Shown in pieces: positions 1-10,138 of a stretch of 64,000 bases of DNA (the first letter of the stretch is position 1; each line of letters begins with the position of its first letter). The position numbers and the translations under genes are program-made. The stretch is from assembly GCA_964607485.1 (NCBI GenBank), contig CAZSKP010000009.1:1-64000 (forward strand), given 5' to 3'. Below the pieces are notes generated by a model that did no database searches, was not told the origin of the DNA, and saw nothing but the letters and a program-made list of their open reading frames with translations. Source of the DNA: an uncultured bacterium. GTDB lineage: Bacteria; Abyssobacteria; SURF-5.

Positions 1-1343
1 AAGGCGAACAGGTCCTGCCATTCTCCCGTCTGATGCTCCGAATATATGTCTGCCACCCTGCTCAGGCTCCGCAGCATCGCACGAGCGCGGAACGCCTGAT
101 AGGATTCTTCAAACCGCCCTATGACGCCCGCAAGCTGAATCTTGGCCGAATCCGTCCTTCCCTCGGCGACCTGACATTTCGCGAGCCAGAAGGCCGCATC
201 CGCGTTGGCGTCGGAGCCCAGGTTCGCGGCGAGGAGCTTCTCGAACACCCCGCGCGCGCCCGCATAATCGCCCGCTCGAAAGAGCTTCACACCCCAGTAC
301 ATCGTCGTGGGAAAGGTCAACGCGGAACGCGGATACTTCTCAATAAGCTTTTCATATTCAACGTATTCCCGCGGGTCGTCCAGGCTCTCGAAAATCTTGG
401 CCCGGCCGCGCAACGCCTGAGGAGCCGCGTCGCTGCCGGGAAACAATTCGACCACACGGGCATAGTCCGCCAGCGCCTCATCGATTAGTCCCAGCCGCCG
501 CCTGTAATCGGCCCGGTTCAGCAACGCGTCGGCCGCGCTGGAAGAATCGAGGTAGTCCGCGATGATCTTGTCATATAAATCGGCGGCAACCTGCTTCTGC
601 CCCTCCATCGCCAGCGATTGCGCCTTGTAGAGCAGCAGCTCGGGCATCAGGGCGGCGTCGGCAGGGTCGGCGAGCATCTCGTCCAGAATGGCGAGGGCTT
701 TCCTCGATTTCTTGTTTTGGAGGTACACCTTCGCGATGGCCAGCCGCCTCTGCGGGGTGCCGACTTCGCGAACCAACTCCGCCGCCTCGACCGCCTCAGG
801 CATCCATGACCATCCGTGTATCAACTGCCAGCATATGCTGTCGCTCTTCGTGAGGTTGTTCGATTGGGCATAGGCCTTCGCGAGCATCAGCATCAGGCCC
901 ACGGTCTCTCGGGAAGAATCGGCGCCGGGCAGCGAGGCCTCTATCAGGGGAGCCGCCTTGGCGGGATGGTCCGTCTCGTAATAGAGGTTGGCCAGTTCCA
1001 GTCGCGCTGTACGCCTGACGGGCGTGTTGGGATACAGGTTGAGCAGCTTCTCAAGAGACGACGCGGCCAGCTCGATGTTGCCCTCTTGAAAGGCGCTCTC
1101 AGCCATCTGGTACAAGGCGTAATCGGGAACTACTGAATACGCTTCGGCCGCGGCTCGGAACTGCTCTATCGATGCGGCCCACTCTCCCGACTGTTGCAGG
1201 CGCCGGCCTTCGAGAAACGCATCGTCGCCGGCAAGTTCATTCTCTTCCGCCCGGACTGACAAAGCGGGCAACGCAAGAGAGGCGAGTAGTGCGAGTAATA
1301 TTATCGAACGGCGCAATGGATTGTAAGCCCGGATGGAAAGCAT
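1..1343 (-). CDS. Exported TPR-repeat protein, runs off the left window end; possibly the N-terminal part of a soluble lytic transglycosylase (Slt70-like)
   Basis: Not in the ORF track because there is no stop in the window. Hand translation from ATG 1343: MLSIRAYNPLRRSIILLALLASLALPALSVRA (signal peptide), then repeated TPR helices (YALYQMAESAF...LEKLLNLYPNTP; ALADYARVVELFPGS; AAFWLAKCQ...ESYQAFRAR), open to position 1. The catalytic domain is not visible. Confidence 0.75.
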   Translation of the reverse strand, partial: MLSIRAYNPLRRSIILLALLASLALPALSVRAEENELAGDDAFLEGRRLQQSGEWAASIEQFRAAAEAYSVVPDYALYQMAESAFQEGNIELAASSLEKLLNLYPNTPVRRTARLELANLYYETDHPAKAAPLIEASLPGADSSRETVGLMLMLAKAYAQSNNLTKSDSICWQLIHGWSWMPEAVEAAELVREVGTPQRRLAIAKVYLQNKKSRKALAILDEMLADPADAALMPELLLYKAQSLAMEGQKQVAADLYDKIIADYLDSSSAADALLNRADYRRRLGLIDEALADYARVVELFPGSDAAPQALRGRAKIFESLDDPREYVEYEKLIEKYPRSALTFPTTMYWGVKLFRAGDYAGARGVFEKLLAANLGSDANADAAFWLAKCQVAEGRTDSAKIQLAGVIGRFEESYQAFRARAMLRSLSRVADIYSEHQTGEWQDLFA

Positions 1344-1344
1344 A

Positions 1345-1821
1345 TCAAACAGATATCAATTCAACGCCCGCCCGCAGGAGCGCGGCCGCACATACTCCGT
1401 TCCCCTTGGTCAGCCTGCCCTTAACATATATCCTGCCTACTCCGCAGGAAGGACTGTTGCTCTTCAGATAAAATCGCCTTATTCCCGTCTCTTCGACAAT
1501 TCTCAGAACCTCGCTCGCGCCCCGAAGGAATTGAAGCGTCACATCCGTCCCGTCCTCGAGGAGAACTGCGGACCTGCCGTCAAGAACGTCTTCGCCGGAC
1601 CCTCGGGTGATTTCCGACTTAAGACGCGGAGTGCTCAATCCCCCCAGTTGCTCGGGACAGAGGGGAATAACCTTTCCATCGACAAAGAGCCGCCGAATCG
1701 AGGCGTCGGACGCGTCTGTGCCGTCAAATCGAGTTTTCAACCCAACAAGGCAGGCACTCGCGCCAAACACACGACCTCCCCCTGCGCCGAATCGATTCAA
1801 CCGGGACACAGGCCTCATCAT
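1345..1821 (-). CDS. DUF523 / 2-thiouracil desulfurase-like (YbbK) family protein
   Basis: Motifs SACLVGLKTRFDG, CPEQLGGLSTPR, LKSNSPSCG and GNGVCAAAL. The start is probably the ATG at 1821/1818, since the 1968 start overlaps nth. Confidence 0.85.
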   Translation of the reverse strand: MMRPVSRLNRFGAGGGRVFGASACLVGLKTRFDGTDASDASIRRLFVDGKVIPLCPEQLGGLSTPRLKSEITRGSGEDVLDGRSAVLLEDGTDVTLQFLRGASEVLRIVEETGIRRFYLKSNSPSCGVGRIYVKGRLTKGNGVCAAALLRAGVELISV

Positions 1822-1933
1822 TATACCTGTGCCTGCCGGATTACGCAAGCCCGACAATGGTTGCGTTTCCGGCGCCGTTATGAGATACTGGGGTCGGCGT
1901 GGATGAACGGAAGCACGAACGACGGGTGCCGCA

Positions 1934-2587
1934 GTGACTGCGAAAGAACCGCTCGAGAAGAAGCGCAAACACGCTCAAAAGATATTGGCGCTGTTAAAGA
2001 AGGAGTATCCCGACGCGCGCTGCGAGCTGGATTTCTCCACTCCCCTCGAGCTGCTCGTCGCCACGATCCTTTCCGCACAATGCACCGACGACCGCGTGAA
2101 CATCGTGACCAAAACGCTTTTCAAGAAATACCGCCGGCCGGAAGATTATGTGAAAGCGTCTCATGAAAAGTTCGAGCAGGAGATTCGCTCCACCGGCTTC
2201 TACAGAAACAAGACCAAAAGTATACAGGGCGCCTGCCGGATGATTGTCGAAAAGTTCGACTCCGAAGTGCCCCGGACGATGGAGGAACTGCTCAAGCTGC
2301 CCGGCGTCGCCCGAAAGACCGCCAACATCGTTCTCTCGCACGCCTACGACGTCATCGAGGGGATAGCCGTGGACACGCACGTCAAGCGGCTCGCCCAGCG
2401 TCTCGGCTTCACAACGAATGCCGACCCCGAAAAGATAGAATCCGACCTCTGCGAGCTCGCGCCGAAGAAGGAATGGAAAATATTCGCCGACGTGCTGATA
2501 TTCCACGGCCGCCGGGTGTGCTTCGCCAAGAAGCCGAACCACGACGGCTGCGTCGTAAGAGACCTTTGTCCCTCACGAAATATCTAG
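1934..2587 (+). CDS. nth: Endonuclease III
   Basis: LLVATILSAQCTD, HhH motif LPGVARKTAN, VDTHV and a C-terminal Fe-S region CFAKKPNHDGCVVRDLCP (second Cys replaced by His). Confidence 0.95.
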   Translation: MTAKEPLEKKRKHAQKILALLKKEYPDARCELDFSTPLELLVATILSAQCTDDRVNIVTKTLFKKYRRPEDYVKASHEKFEQEIRSTGFYRNKTKSIQGACRMIVEKFDSEVPRTMEELLKLPGVARKTANIVLSHAYDVIEGIAVDTHVKRLAQRLGFTTNADPEKIESDLCELAPKKEWKIFADVLIFHGRRVCFAKKPNHDGCVVRDLCPSRNI

Positions 2588-2686
2588 GTCAGAACCGGGT
2601 CCGAGACATTCAGGCAAACATGCCTTTGCTCCCTTCGCCCCGCCGTTTCGACCTCTTTTCGGGCCTTGTGATTCGGACCGCGGATG

Positions 2687-2716
2687 TTGACACTGTGGAG
2701 GCTATTCTGCTATCCT
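2687..2716 (+). promoter_or_regulatory. sigma70-type promoter for tRNA-Ser
   Basis: TTGACA (2687-2692), 18-nt spacer ending in TGc (extended -10), then TATCCT (2711-2716), about 22 nt upstream of the tRNA. Confidence 0.6.
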
Positions 2717-2738
2717 TTTGAATCGAGAGCGGGGCTGG

Positions 2739-2830
<92 letters not shown>

Positions 2831-3141
2831 TTTGCCAATCCGCGATGGGAAGCTTTTGTGTAATGACGCCGACTCCGTGAATACCCGATCCTTTCCGTTC
2901 CCTTTCGCTTGCCTGTTGAGCGGGATAGGCTCATAGTTATATGTAAGAGCATGAGCGCACTCACCGAAGGAACCCGCAAAGCATCGGCCGACATTCGACG
3001 CCGAGGCTTTTTGGCTTGCCCGGAGAGCTTATTTGGGTCAGGACGGTCTCTCGGCAAGAAAGTGCTCCGAGTTGCCTGTGACGGCACGGAGAAAACACAC
3101 ACCATGATGGGCGACGGCGCCCAGAAAGGAAAGAAGGTCAG

Positions 3142-3531
3142 ATGAACATTTACGTGGGCAACTTGGCGCACACGGTAACCGAGAACGACCTGAGGCAGGC
3201 TTTCGAGGCGTTTGGAGAAGTTGCGTCGGTCAACATCATCAAGGACAAGTTCTCCGGAGAATCCAGAGGATTCGGGTTTATCGAAATGCCCGATAAGACC
3301 CAGGCGCAGACAGCCATCGAAGGCATGAACGGCAAGGACCTCAAGGGACGTTCCCTGAACGTAAACGAGGCCCGGCCCCGCCGGGAAGGCGGCCGCGGTG
3401 GCGGCGGCGGTTACCGCGGTGGCGGCGGCAGAGGCGGTGGCGGTGGCGGCTACCGTGGCGGCGGCGGCAGAGGCGGTGGCGGCGGCTACCGTGGTGGCGG
3501 CGGCGGTGGCGGCAGAGGTGGAAGATATTAG
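3142..3531 (+). CDS. RRM-domain RNA-binding protein with Gly/Arg-rich tail
   Basis: RNP2 IYVGNL, RNP1 RGFGFIEM, GRSLNVNEARPR, then an RGG tail. Confidence 0.95.
   Translation: MNIYVGNLAHTVTENDLRQAFEAFGEVASVNIIKDKFSGESRGFGFIEMPDKTQAQTAIEGMNGKDLKGRSLNVNEARPRREGGRGGGGGYRGGGGRGGGGGGYRGGGGRGGGGGYRGGGGGGGRGGRY
3388..3525 (+). repeat. Coding tandem repeat, about 3 copies of GGGGYRGGGGR
   Basis: Degenerate ggc/ggt repeats with three taccg units inside the RRM protein tail. Confidence 0.85.
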
Positions 3532-3596
3532 TGCCCTGCCGGCCGGCTGCATAAACAAGAAGATATTTCTCGCATGAGACTCCCAGACCGAAAGGA

Positions 3597-3743
3597 ATGG
3601 GAGAGGGAGAAGAGTTTACTGTTCTCAATCGGGAGAAGCTCATTACCCTATTGAGGAAAAAGGCTACGCTTTTCCAAGATCGAAACGAAGGTGTGTCATC
3701 CTTACTCGAGAATCTGGGTAGAAGGCTGAGGGAGCGAAGATGA
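3597..3743 (+). other. Short ORF (48 aa) or gene relic overlapping the fprA start (ATGA)
   Basis: MGEGEEFTVLNREKLITLLRKKATLFQDRNEGVSSLLENLGRRLRERR*, with its stop overlapping the fprA ATG. Confidence 0.3.
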
Positions 3744-4936
3744 GCGTCATAACGGAAGCCAAAGTTGTCGAAGGAGTCTATTGGGTCGGCGCCGTGGACT
3801 GGAACATAAGGCATTTCCACGGGTTCACTTATACCACTCCGCGAGGCACCACATACAACGCCTACCTCGTGAAAGATGAGAAGACCGCCCTCGTGGACAC
3901 GGTGTATGCGCCGTTCACGGGCGAGATGATGGAGAGGATTCGCGCGCTCGTCGACCCGGCGAAGATCGACTACGTCGTCGCGAACCATGTTGAGACCGAC
4001 CACTCGGGGGCACTGGCGGCCATACTCTCCGTCGCAAAGAATGCGAAACTCGTCTGCAATGCCCGCTGCAAGGACGGCCTCGAAAAGAACTATTTCGGCG
4101 ACTGGAACTACCAGATAGTGAAGACCGGCGACGCCATAAAGCTGGGCAAGAAGACCCTCACCTTCCTCGAGGCGCCCATGCTGCACTGGCCCGACAGCAT
4201 GTTCACGTACATTCCCGAAGACGAGCTCCTGCTGCCCAACGACGGGTTCGGCCAGCATCTGGCTTCGACGGAACGCTTCGTCGAGGATTACGACGAAGCC
4301 ATAGTCATGCAGGAGGCCGCCAAGTACTATGCGAACATCCTGATGCCGATGTCGGCGCTGGTCACCAAGAAAATCGAAGAGGTCCAGAAGCTGAAACTGA
4401 GCATAAAGATGATCGCTCCAAGCCACGGCCTCATCTGGCGCAAGCCGGAAAAGATCATAAACGCCTACCTCCGTTGGGCGAGCGGAGAGGCCGAGAAGGC
4501 CGTGCTCGTGGCCTACGACACGATGTGGACCGCCACCGAGAAGATGGCGCGCTCCATGGTCGAAGGAATCCGCTCGGAAGGCGTGCCGGCCAAGCTCACT
4601 CGAATCGCGGTCTCCGACAAGAGCGAAGCCATCAGTGACTGCCTGCTGATGAAAGGAATCCTCGTCGGCTCCTCGACCATAAACCGGGGAATGCTCCCCT
4701 CGCTCTCACCTTTCCTCGAAGACCTGAAGGGACTCAAGCCGAAGAAGAAAGTGGGGGCGGCTTTCGGCTCCTACGGCTGGAGCGGAGGAGGCGCTGAGTC
4801 GGTGGACAAGATTCTTCGCGAGGCCGGCGTCGAAATCGTCGCAGAGCCGCTCACCGTCAAATACATGCCCAGCCCCGAAGAGCTGAAGAGGTGCTTCGAA
4901 TTCGGCGGAGAGTTCGCGCGCAAGCTTAGGGCCTGA
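3740..4936 (+). CDS. fprA: Flavodiiron protein (FprA / A-type flavoprotein; O2/NO reductase)
   Basis: GTTYNAYL, NHVETDHSG, HWPDSM, NDGFGQH, APSHG and flavodoxin-domain motifs YDTMWTATEKMA and AFGSYGWSG. Confidence 0.95.
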   Translation: MSVITEAKVVEGVYWVGAVDWNIRHFHGFTYTTPRGTTYNAYLVKDEKTALVDTVYAPFTGEMMERIRALVDPAKIDYVVANHVETDHSGALAAILSVAKNAKLVCNARCKDGLEKNYFGDWNYQIVKTGDAIKLGKKTLTFLEAPMLHWPDSMFTYIPEDELLLPNDGFGQHLASTERFVEDYDEAIVMQEAAKYYANILMPMSALVTKKIEEVQKLKLSIKMIAPSHGLIWRKPEKIINAYLRWASGEAEKAVLVAYDTMWTATEKMARSMVEGIRSEGVPAKLTRIAVSDKSEAISDCLLMKGILVGSSTINRGMLPSLSPFLEDLKGLKPKKKVGAAFGSYGWSGGGAESVDKILREAGVEIVAEPLTVKYMPSPEELKRCFEFGGEFARKLRA

Positions 4937-5028
4937 AGACGGAGCCGTATCTGTTCCTCCACATCAGATTTCAGCGATGGGAGGCGTCCTACACAATCCC
5001 GGAGTTGAAACAGCCCCGAGAATCATCC

Positions 5029-5487
5029 ATGAGACACGAGGACTACATGAGTATTGCGCTCCGTGAGGCGCAGAAGGCTTTGGAAATTCAGGAAGTCCCC
5101 GTGGGCGCCGTCATAGTTCATGAGGGTCAGGTCATCGCCAAGGCGCACAATCAGCGGGAGCTGCTTCGCGACCCGACCGCGCACGCGGAGATGATCGCCA
5201 TCACGCAGGCGGCTTCCTGTCTGCAAAGCTGGCGGCTCGACAACACCGTAATGTACGTGACAATCGAGCCGTGCCCGATGTGCGCCGGAGCCATCGTGCT
5301 TGCAAGAATACCCGAGGTCGTCTTCGGCGCACATGACCCGAAGGCGGGCGCGGTCGGGTCGTTGATGAACATCTTGCAGGATTCGCGGCTCAATCATCGC
5401 GTAAATGTTACGGCCGGGGTGATGGAGGAACAATGCGGAGCGATACTGCGGGATTTCTTTGTCCGGCTCAGGGGGCGGGGCTACTAG
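5029..5487 (+). CDS. tadA: tRNA adenosine(34) deaminase
   Basis: EVPVGAVIV, PTAHAEMIA, EPCPMCAGA and DPKAGA; ATG 5029 preferred as start. Confidence 0.93.
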   Translation: MRHEDYMSIALREAQKALEIQEVPVGAVIVHEGQVIAKAHNQRELLRDPTAHAEMIAITQAASCLQSWRLDNTVMYVTIEPCPMCAGAIVLARIPEVVFGAHDPKAGAVGSLMNILQDSRLNHRVNVTAGVMEEQCGAILRDFFVRLRGRGY

Positions 5488-7240
5488 TCAGCGGCGATGG
5501 TTCGAGCTTCAAGTCTTCGATCTTTTTCTTAACTGCATCGTTCGACGGGTCAAGCGCCAGAGAGCGTTCCCACTGTTCTTTGGCCTTCTCCGGCTGGCCG
5601 AGTTTGAGGTAGGCATCGCCCAGATGCTCGCGTATGATGGGGTCGTCCTCCTCCGCGTTTTCTATCGCTTCTTCCAGGTAGAGCAGAGCCTTCTCGTAGT
5701 CGCCTTTTTGATAGTACACCCAGCCGAGGCTGTCGATGAAATAGCCGTTCTGGGGCTCGATTTCGAGTGCGCGTTGAATCAGCTCGCCGGCTTCGTCCAG
5801 ATTCTCTCCCTTCTCCGCAAACATGTAGCCGAGGTAATTCAGCGCATTTGCGTTGTCCGGGTCGAGCTCGATGCTCTTCCTTAGCTCTCTCACGGCATCG
5901 TCGAATCGGTCCTGCTCCTCGTAAAGCACAGCCAGGCGAAAGTGGGCGATCTTGCTGTCGGGACGAATCTTTATCGCTTCCTCGAAGGCGGCTATGGCCT
6001 GTTCGGGTTTCTTCTGTTGGCTGTATGCGGTGCCCAACACGAGGTAAACCGGCTCGCTCCGGGCGCCGAGCTCGATCGCCTTGTTGAGCGTTCTTATCAC
6101 CATGTCGGGCATATTCTTCTCCCCGTAGAGCATGCCCAGTTTGAGGTACGCCTTCAGCGCGTCGTCATCTATCGCGGTGACGTGAATGAATTGTTCTAGC
6201 GCCTTGTCCAGCTCGCCCTGCTCCTGGTAAACGGCTCCCAGAAGATAGTGAGTCGTCGCGTCGTCCGGATCTTTCGCTATCGCCTCTTCAAACTGCTCCC
6301 GCGCCTCATCCAACTGATTGTTCCGGAGATAGAGAAGACCGAGAGCCTTGCGGAAATTGACGACGAAGGGGCGCTGCTCCACGAGGGCCTCGTACTGCTC
6401 GATCGCCTTGCTCCATTCTTCCCGGCTCGCATACAGGATCCCGAGCTTCTTGCGCGCATCGACGTTCTTCGGGTCGACAGCAAGAATTTTCTCGAACTCT
6501 TCGATCGCCTTCTCAGGATGTCCCTGCATTTCATAAATCACGCCCAGATTGTAGAGGGCTTCGGTGAAGTCGGGGAACAGTTCGAGAGTCCTCTCCAGCT
6601 CATCCTCTGCCTTGTCGAACCTGCCCAGCTTTATGTAGGCGAGCGCCAGCTTATTGTGCGCCCAGTCGAGGTCGGGCCGGAGCTGGACAATCTGCTTATA
6701 GATTTCAACAAGCTGATACAGGTCCTGTTCCTGCTCATATACTTCCGCGAGGGAATTCAGAGCGATAAGGTCGTCGGGCTCGACTCTGAGCACTTCTTTG
6801 AAATGTTGGGCGGCTTCCTCGTACCTTCCCTGGTGGGCGTACATGGCCCCCAGCAGCATGTGGCCGCTGGACTCGTCCGGGTCCAGATGGACGGCTCGAA
6901 TCGCCTCGATGGCGGCCATCTCCATCATGCCTTTCCTGAGGTACGCTTTGGCAAGCTGCACGTGGATGCGGGCGGCGGTGGGGTCCTGCTCGGCGGCCTT
7001 CTTGAAAGCGCTGATTGCGCCGTCGAGGTCGTTCTGGCGAAGCAGGAGAAGGCCGTATGTATATTCCGAGTACGCCTTCGCGATGGGCGGCGGCTCGACC
7101 TCTTCGACCGGGAGATTGAATGCGGGACGCGGCCTTTCCGTCACGCCGCTTGCCGCCGCGCACCCCGCAAGCCCATGCGCGAGCAGAATCAGAACGCAGA
7201 ACTTAAGTAATGTCTTCATAATAGTGAAGGGAGCAAACAT
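5468..7240 (-). CDS. TPR-repeat lipoprotein
   Basis: Lipobox LAGC after a hydrophobic stretch, more than 12 TPR units, and C-terminal NALNYLGY...IDSLGWVYY...EHLGDAY. The start may be the second Met (MKTLL). Confidence 0.9.
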   Translation of the reverse strand: MFAPFTIMKTLLKFCVLILLAHGLAGCAAASGVTERPRPAFNLPVEEVEPPPIAKAYSEYTYGLLLLRQNDLDGAISAFKKAAEQDPTAARIHVQLAKAYLRKGMMEMAAIEAIRAVHLDPDESSGHMLLGAMYAHQGRYEEAAQHFKEVLRVEPDDLIALNSLAEVYEQEQDLYQLVEIYKQIVQLRPDLDWAHNKLALAYIKLGRFDKAEDELERTLELFPDFTEALYNLGVIYEMQGHPEKAIEEFEKILAVDPKNVDARKKLGILYASREEWSKAIEQYEALVEQRPFVVNFRKALGLLYLRNNQLDEAREQFEEAIAKDPDDATTHYLLGAVYQEQGELDKALEQFIHVTAIDDDALKAYLKLGMLYGEKNMPDMVIRTLNKAIELGARSEPVYLVLGTAYSQQKKPEQAIAAFEEAIKIRPDSKIAHFRLAVLYEEQDRFDDAVRELRKSIELDPDNANALNYLGYMFAEKGENLDEAGELIQRALEIEPQNGYFIDSLGWVYYQKGDYEKALLYLEEAIENAEEDDPIIREHLGDAYLKLGQPEKAKEQWERSLALDPSNDAVKKKIEDLKLEPSPLTSSPAP

Positions 7241-8034
7241 TCCCTCACGGGCGCAAACGAGCGTCTGTGAATGGGGGAGACTCCGAACTTTCTTATCGAC
7301 GCCAGATGTTCCGACGTGGCGTAACCCTTGTGTTTTGCGAATCCGTATTGCGGATACTTTTTGTCAAACTCCAGCATCATCTGATCTCGGACAACCTTGG
7401 CTACTATGGAAGCGGCCGCGATTGACATCGAAAGTTTATCCCCCTTAACGATTGCGCGTTGCGGAATCTTCAACCCTGCCGCGGGCCGGCCATCGACGAG
7501 GACAAGGTCGGGAGCACGGGGCAGGTCTTCGATCGCCAGCTCCATGGCAAGCAGATTGGCCTTATGAATATTCGTGCGGTCTATTTCCTCAACGCTTACG
7601 ACGCCCACTCCGATGTCGGCCACGCCTGCTATGATGTTCAGAGCCTTTCGCCGCTGGGCATCGGTAAGCAGTTTCGAGTCGTTAATCTCCACCGGCTGCA
7701 TGCTCGGAGGCAAGACGACCGCCGAGGCGACCACCGGTCCTGCAAGAGGCCCCCGTCCGACCTCATCGACCCCCGCGACAACTCTGAAACCATCGGCATA
7801 AGCCCAACGCTCGTGCCGGAGCATGTGTTCAACGCGTCTCTTTCGCCGTTCATCCGCGCGCTGTCTCGACTCCAGCCCCTTGAGCAACTGCCGCGCGCCC
7901 GCCCTGCCGTCTCTTTCGAGAGCGTCGAGCAACCGCGCCGGATAAGGAGGGCTGAGCTCCGACAAAGCCCGCCTTATCTCAGAAAGGCTCATCGAGCCGA
8001 TGTCGCCGATTAAAGCTTTCAGCTTCTTCTTCAT
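7216..8034 (-). CDS. rnhB: Ribonuclease HII
   Basis: GVDEVGRGPLAGPVV, DSKLL, VKGDKLSMSIAAASIVAKV, KHKGY and HRRSF. Confidence 0.95.
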   Translation of the reverse strand: MKKKLKALIGDIGSMSLSEIRRALSELSPPYPARLLDALERDGRAGARQLLKGLESRQRADERRKRRVEHMLRHERWAYADGFRVVAGVDEVGRGPLAGPVVASAVVLPPSMQPVEINDSKLLTDAQRRKALNIIAGVADIGVGVVSVEEIDRTNIHKANLLAMELAIEDLPRAPDLVLVDGRPAAGLKIPQRAIVKGDKLSMSIAAASIVAKVVRDQMMLEFDKKYPQYGFAKHKGYATSEHLASIRKFGVSPIHRRSFAPVRECLLPSLL

Positions 8035-8098
8035 CGTGGAGCGGGTTCACGAAAAAGTCCGGAGCATCGTTCGGCGTCGTCAAACGATTCCGGCGGTG

Positions 8099-8488
8099 CT
8101 ATTCTTCGGGAGCGGGCTCGGCGGGAGCAGGCCTCTCTGCACGGGCGGCGCTCCGAGTCTTCACGCGCGACTTCTTGCCGACCTTGCCCCTGAGATAGTA
8201 CAGCTTCGCTCTTCTCACTTTCCCGAGCGTGATGACCTCTATCTCCTGGATCTTGGGGGAATGAAGCGGAAACACTCGTTCCACTCCGATGCCGAACGTC
8301 ACTTTACGCACCGTGAATGTCTCCCGTATTCCCGTGCCCTTCCGGCCTATGACTATCCCCTCGAAGACCTGTACTCTTTCCCGGCTTCCTTCCACGACCT
8401 TCAGATGAACCCTCACGGTATCGCCAACCGAAAACCGGGGCAAATCAGTCCGAAGCTGCTCCTTTTCCACCGTGTCAATGATGTTCAT
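8099..8488 (-). CDS. rplS: 50S ribosomal protein L19
   Basis: Starts [36 protein letters not shown] and [10 protein letters not shown]. Confidence 0.97.
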   Translation of the reverse strand: MNIIDTVEKEQLRTDLPRFSVGDTVRVHLKVVEGSRERVQVFEGIVIGRKGTGIRETFTVRKVTFGIGVERVFPLHSPKIQEIEVITLGKVRRAKLYYLRGKVGKKSRVKTRSAARAERPAPAEPAPEE

Positions 8489-8544
8489 GTCATTCCTCCG
8501 CTCACCTTCCGACCGCGAACGCACCCGCTCGCGGCATGGATACT

Positions 8545-9279
8545 CTACCCTTCGATTCGCTCCAGTTCTCTCAAGAACTCTTCTTCTTCTTCTGTCAACG
8601 AAGCTTCCGCAAGCAGCTCCCTTCGATTGTTGAACGTCTTGCGAATGCTCTCTCGCCTGCGCCACTTCGATATCTCGGCGTGGTGGCCCGACACGAGCAC
8701 CTCCGGCACTTCCATGCCCCTGAACTCAGGCGGCCGCGTGTACTGGGGATATCCGAGCAATCCCCCGCTGAATGAATCCTGCTCGAGCGATTCCGGCGAA
8801 CCCACCACGTCGGGAATCAGCCGGCAGATTGCATCTATCAACACAAGCGCGGGAAGCTCCCCGCCGGTGAGCACATAGTCGCCGATGGAGATCTCCTCGG
8901 CGCCAAGCCCCGCCGCGACGCGCTCGTCCACGCCCTCGTATCGACCGCAGATGATGACGACGTCCTTCTCCCGGGCAAGCTCGCGGGCCTTCTCCTGGTT
9001 GAACAGGACCCCCTGCGCGCTTGTCAGAATTATTTTCTTGAGCGAACTCTGTTGCGAAAGCGACTCGACGGCCTTGAATATCGGCTCCGCCATCAGCACC
9101 ATCCCTGCGCCGCCGCCATACGGCTTGTCGTCGGCCTGGCGATGCTTGCCCGCGCAGAAATCCCTGAGGTTCACCACGTTTACCGAAACGAGCCCTCTCT
9201 CGATGGCGCGGCCGATTATGCTCTCCGACAGAGGCCCGGCGAACATTCCCGGAAACAGTGTGATGACATCGATTCGCAT
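8545..9279 (-). CDS. trmD: tRNA (guanine37-N1)-methyltransferase
   Basis: [33 protein letters not shown] and PQYTRP. Confidence 0.97.
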   Translation of the reverse strand: MRIDVITLFPGMFAGPLSESIIGRAIERGLVSVNVVNLRDFCAGKHRQADDKPYGGGAGMVLMAEPIFKAVESLSQQSSLKKIILTSAQGVLFNQEKARELAREKDVVIICGRYEGVDERVAAGLGAEEISIGDYVLTGGELPALVLIDAICRLIPDVVGSPESLEQDSFSGGLLGYPQYTRPPEFRGMEVPEVLVSGHHAEISKWRRRESIRKTFNNRRELLAEASLTEEEEEFLRELERIEG

Positions 9280-9292
9280 GTTCAGACCGTTT

Positions 9293-9844
9293 TTATTCCA
9301 GGCGGGAGATGTCGGCTATCATTTCGCCGCTTTCAACGTCCACTCTGAGGATTATGTCTTCGATCGCCGGCAGCAGAGTCTCGCGACCCTCGTCGTCAAG
9401 CACCCGATAAATGTCGTTTGCGGGAGTCTCCCATATCTCGCAAAGCCTGCCGACCACCGAGCCTTCCTTGTCCTTCACGGTAAGCCCGACCAGGTCGTCC
9501 ACGTAATATTCGTGCTCGGGAAGCGGAAACCGCTCGGAAAGCGGAACCACCACGAGCGCCCCCCTCGCGGATGCCACCTGGTTGTCATCCTCGGCTTCAA
9601 CCTTCGCTATGACGGCCGACCTCGTGACCCTCACGCTCGCGACGGTCAAGAGAACCGTTTGCTTTTCTCTTGTTTTCAAGCGAAGGTGACGCAATGCGTG
9701 GAAACGTTCGGGATGGCTTGTTTCGGGCGCGATGCGCAGCTCGCGCCGTGGGACGTTGACCGAAACAACCTTTCCAATTACAATGTCGCGTTCGTCGGGG
9801 CTTCCACCCAGTGGACCCCTTCGGGTATCACTCGACAATCTCAA
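9293..9844 (-). CDS. rimM: Ribosome maturation factor RimM (divergent N-terminus)
   Basis: [18 protein letters not shown] and LLPAI; lies between khpA and trmD. Confidence 0.9.
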   Translation of the reverse strand: MRLSSDTRRGPLGGSPDERDIVIGKVVSVNVPRRELRIAPETSHPERFHALRHLRLKTREKQTVLLTVASVRVTRSAVIAKVEAEDDNQVASARGALVVVPLSERFPLPEHEYYVDDLVGLTVKDKEGSVVGRLCEIWETPANDIYRVLDDEGRETLLPAIEDIILRVDVESGEMIADISRLE

Positions 9845-10058
9845 GCACCACTCGAATGTTATCCTTGGTCGCGGCTGCGTTGAGCAGTGTGCGCATGGAC
9901 TTCGCGGTGCGGCCGTGTTTGCCTATTACCTGTCCCATGTCGTCGGGATGGACCCGCAACTCTAATACCTTCGTCTTGCCTCCCTCGACTACGTTGACTT
10001 GAACGGCTTCGGGGTGGTCAACGAGCGCTTTCGCAATGTACTCCACGAGCTCTTTCAT
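9828..10058 (-). CDS. khpA: KH-domain RNA-binding protein KhpA
   Basis: [17 protein letters not shown] and [13 protein letters not shown]; canonical position after rpsP. Confidence 0.93.
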   Translation of the reverse strand: MKELVEYIAKALVDHPEAVQVNVVEGGKTKVLELRVHPDDMGQVIGKHGRTAKSMRTLLNAAATKDNIRVVLEIVE

Positions 10059-10138
10059 GGCTGTGACCTCCGCTGTGACGTTCGCATGATCTCCTCAATG
10101 AGGAGCCATTTCGCCGGCCGCTGAATGTAAGTCAAACG

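Noticed and set aside
2960-3020. c-di-GMP-I riboswitch (CGCAAAGC...GGCC)
   Set aside because: The upstream GGCAAA/GAAA elements are missing, leaving only a partial resemblance.
3388-3525. Repeat tract as a possible CRISPR array or VNTR
   Set aside because: In-frame Gly/Arg codons of the RRM tail with no spacers. No CRISPR array or cas gene was seen anywhere in the window.
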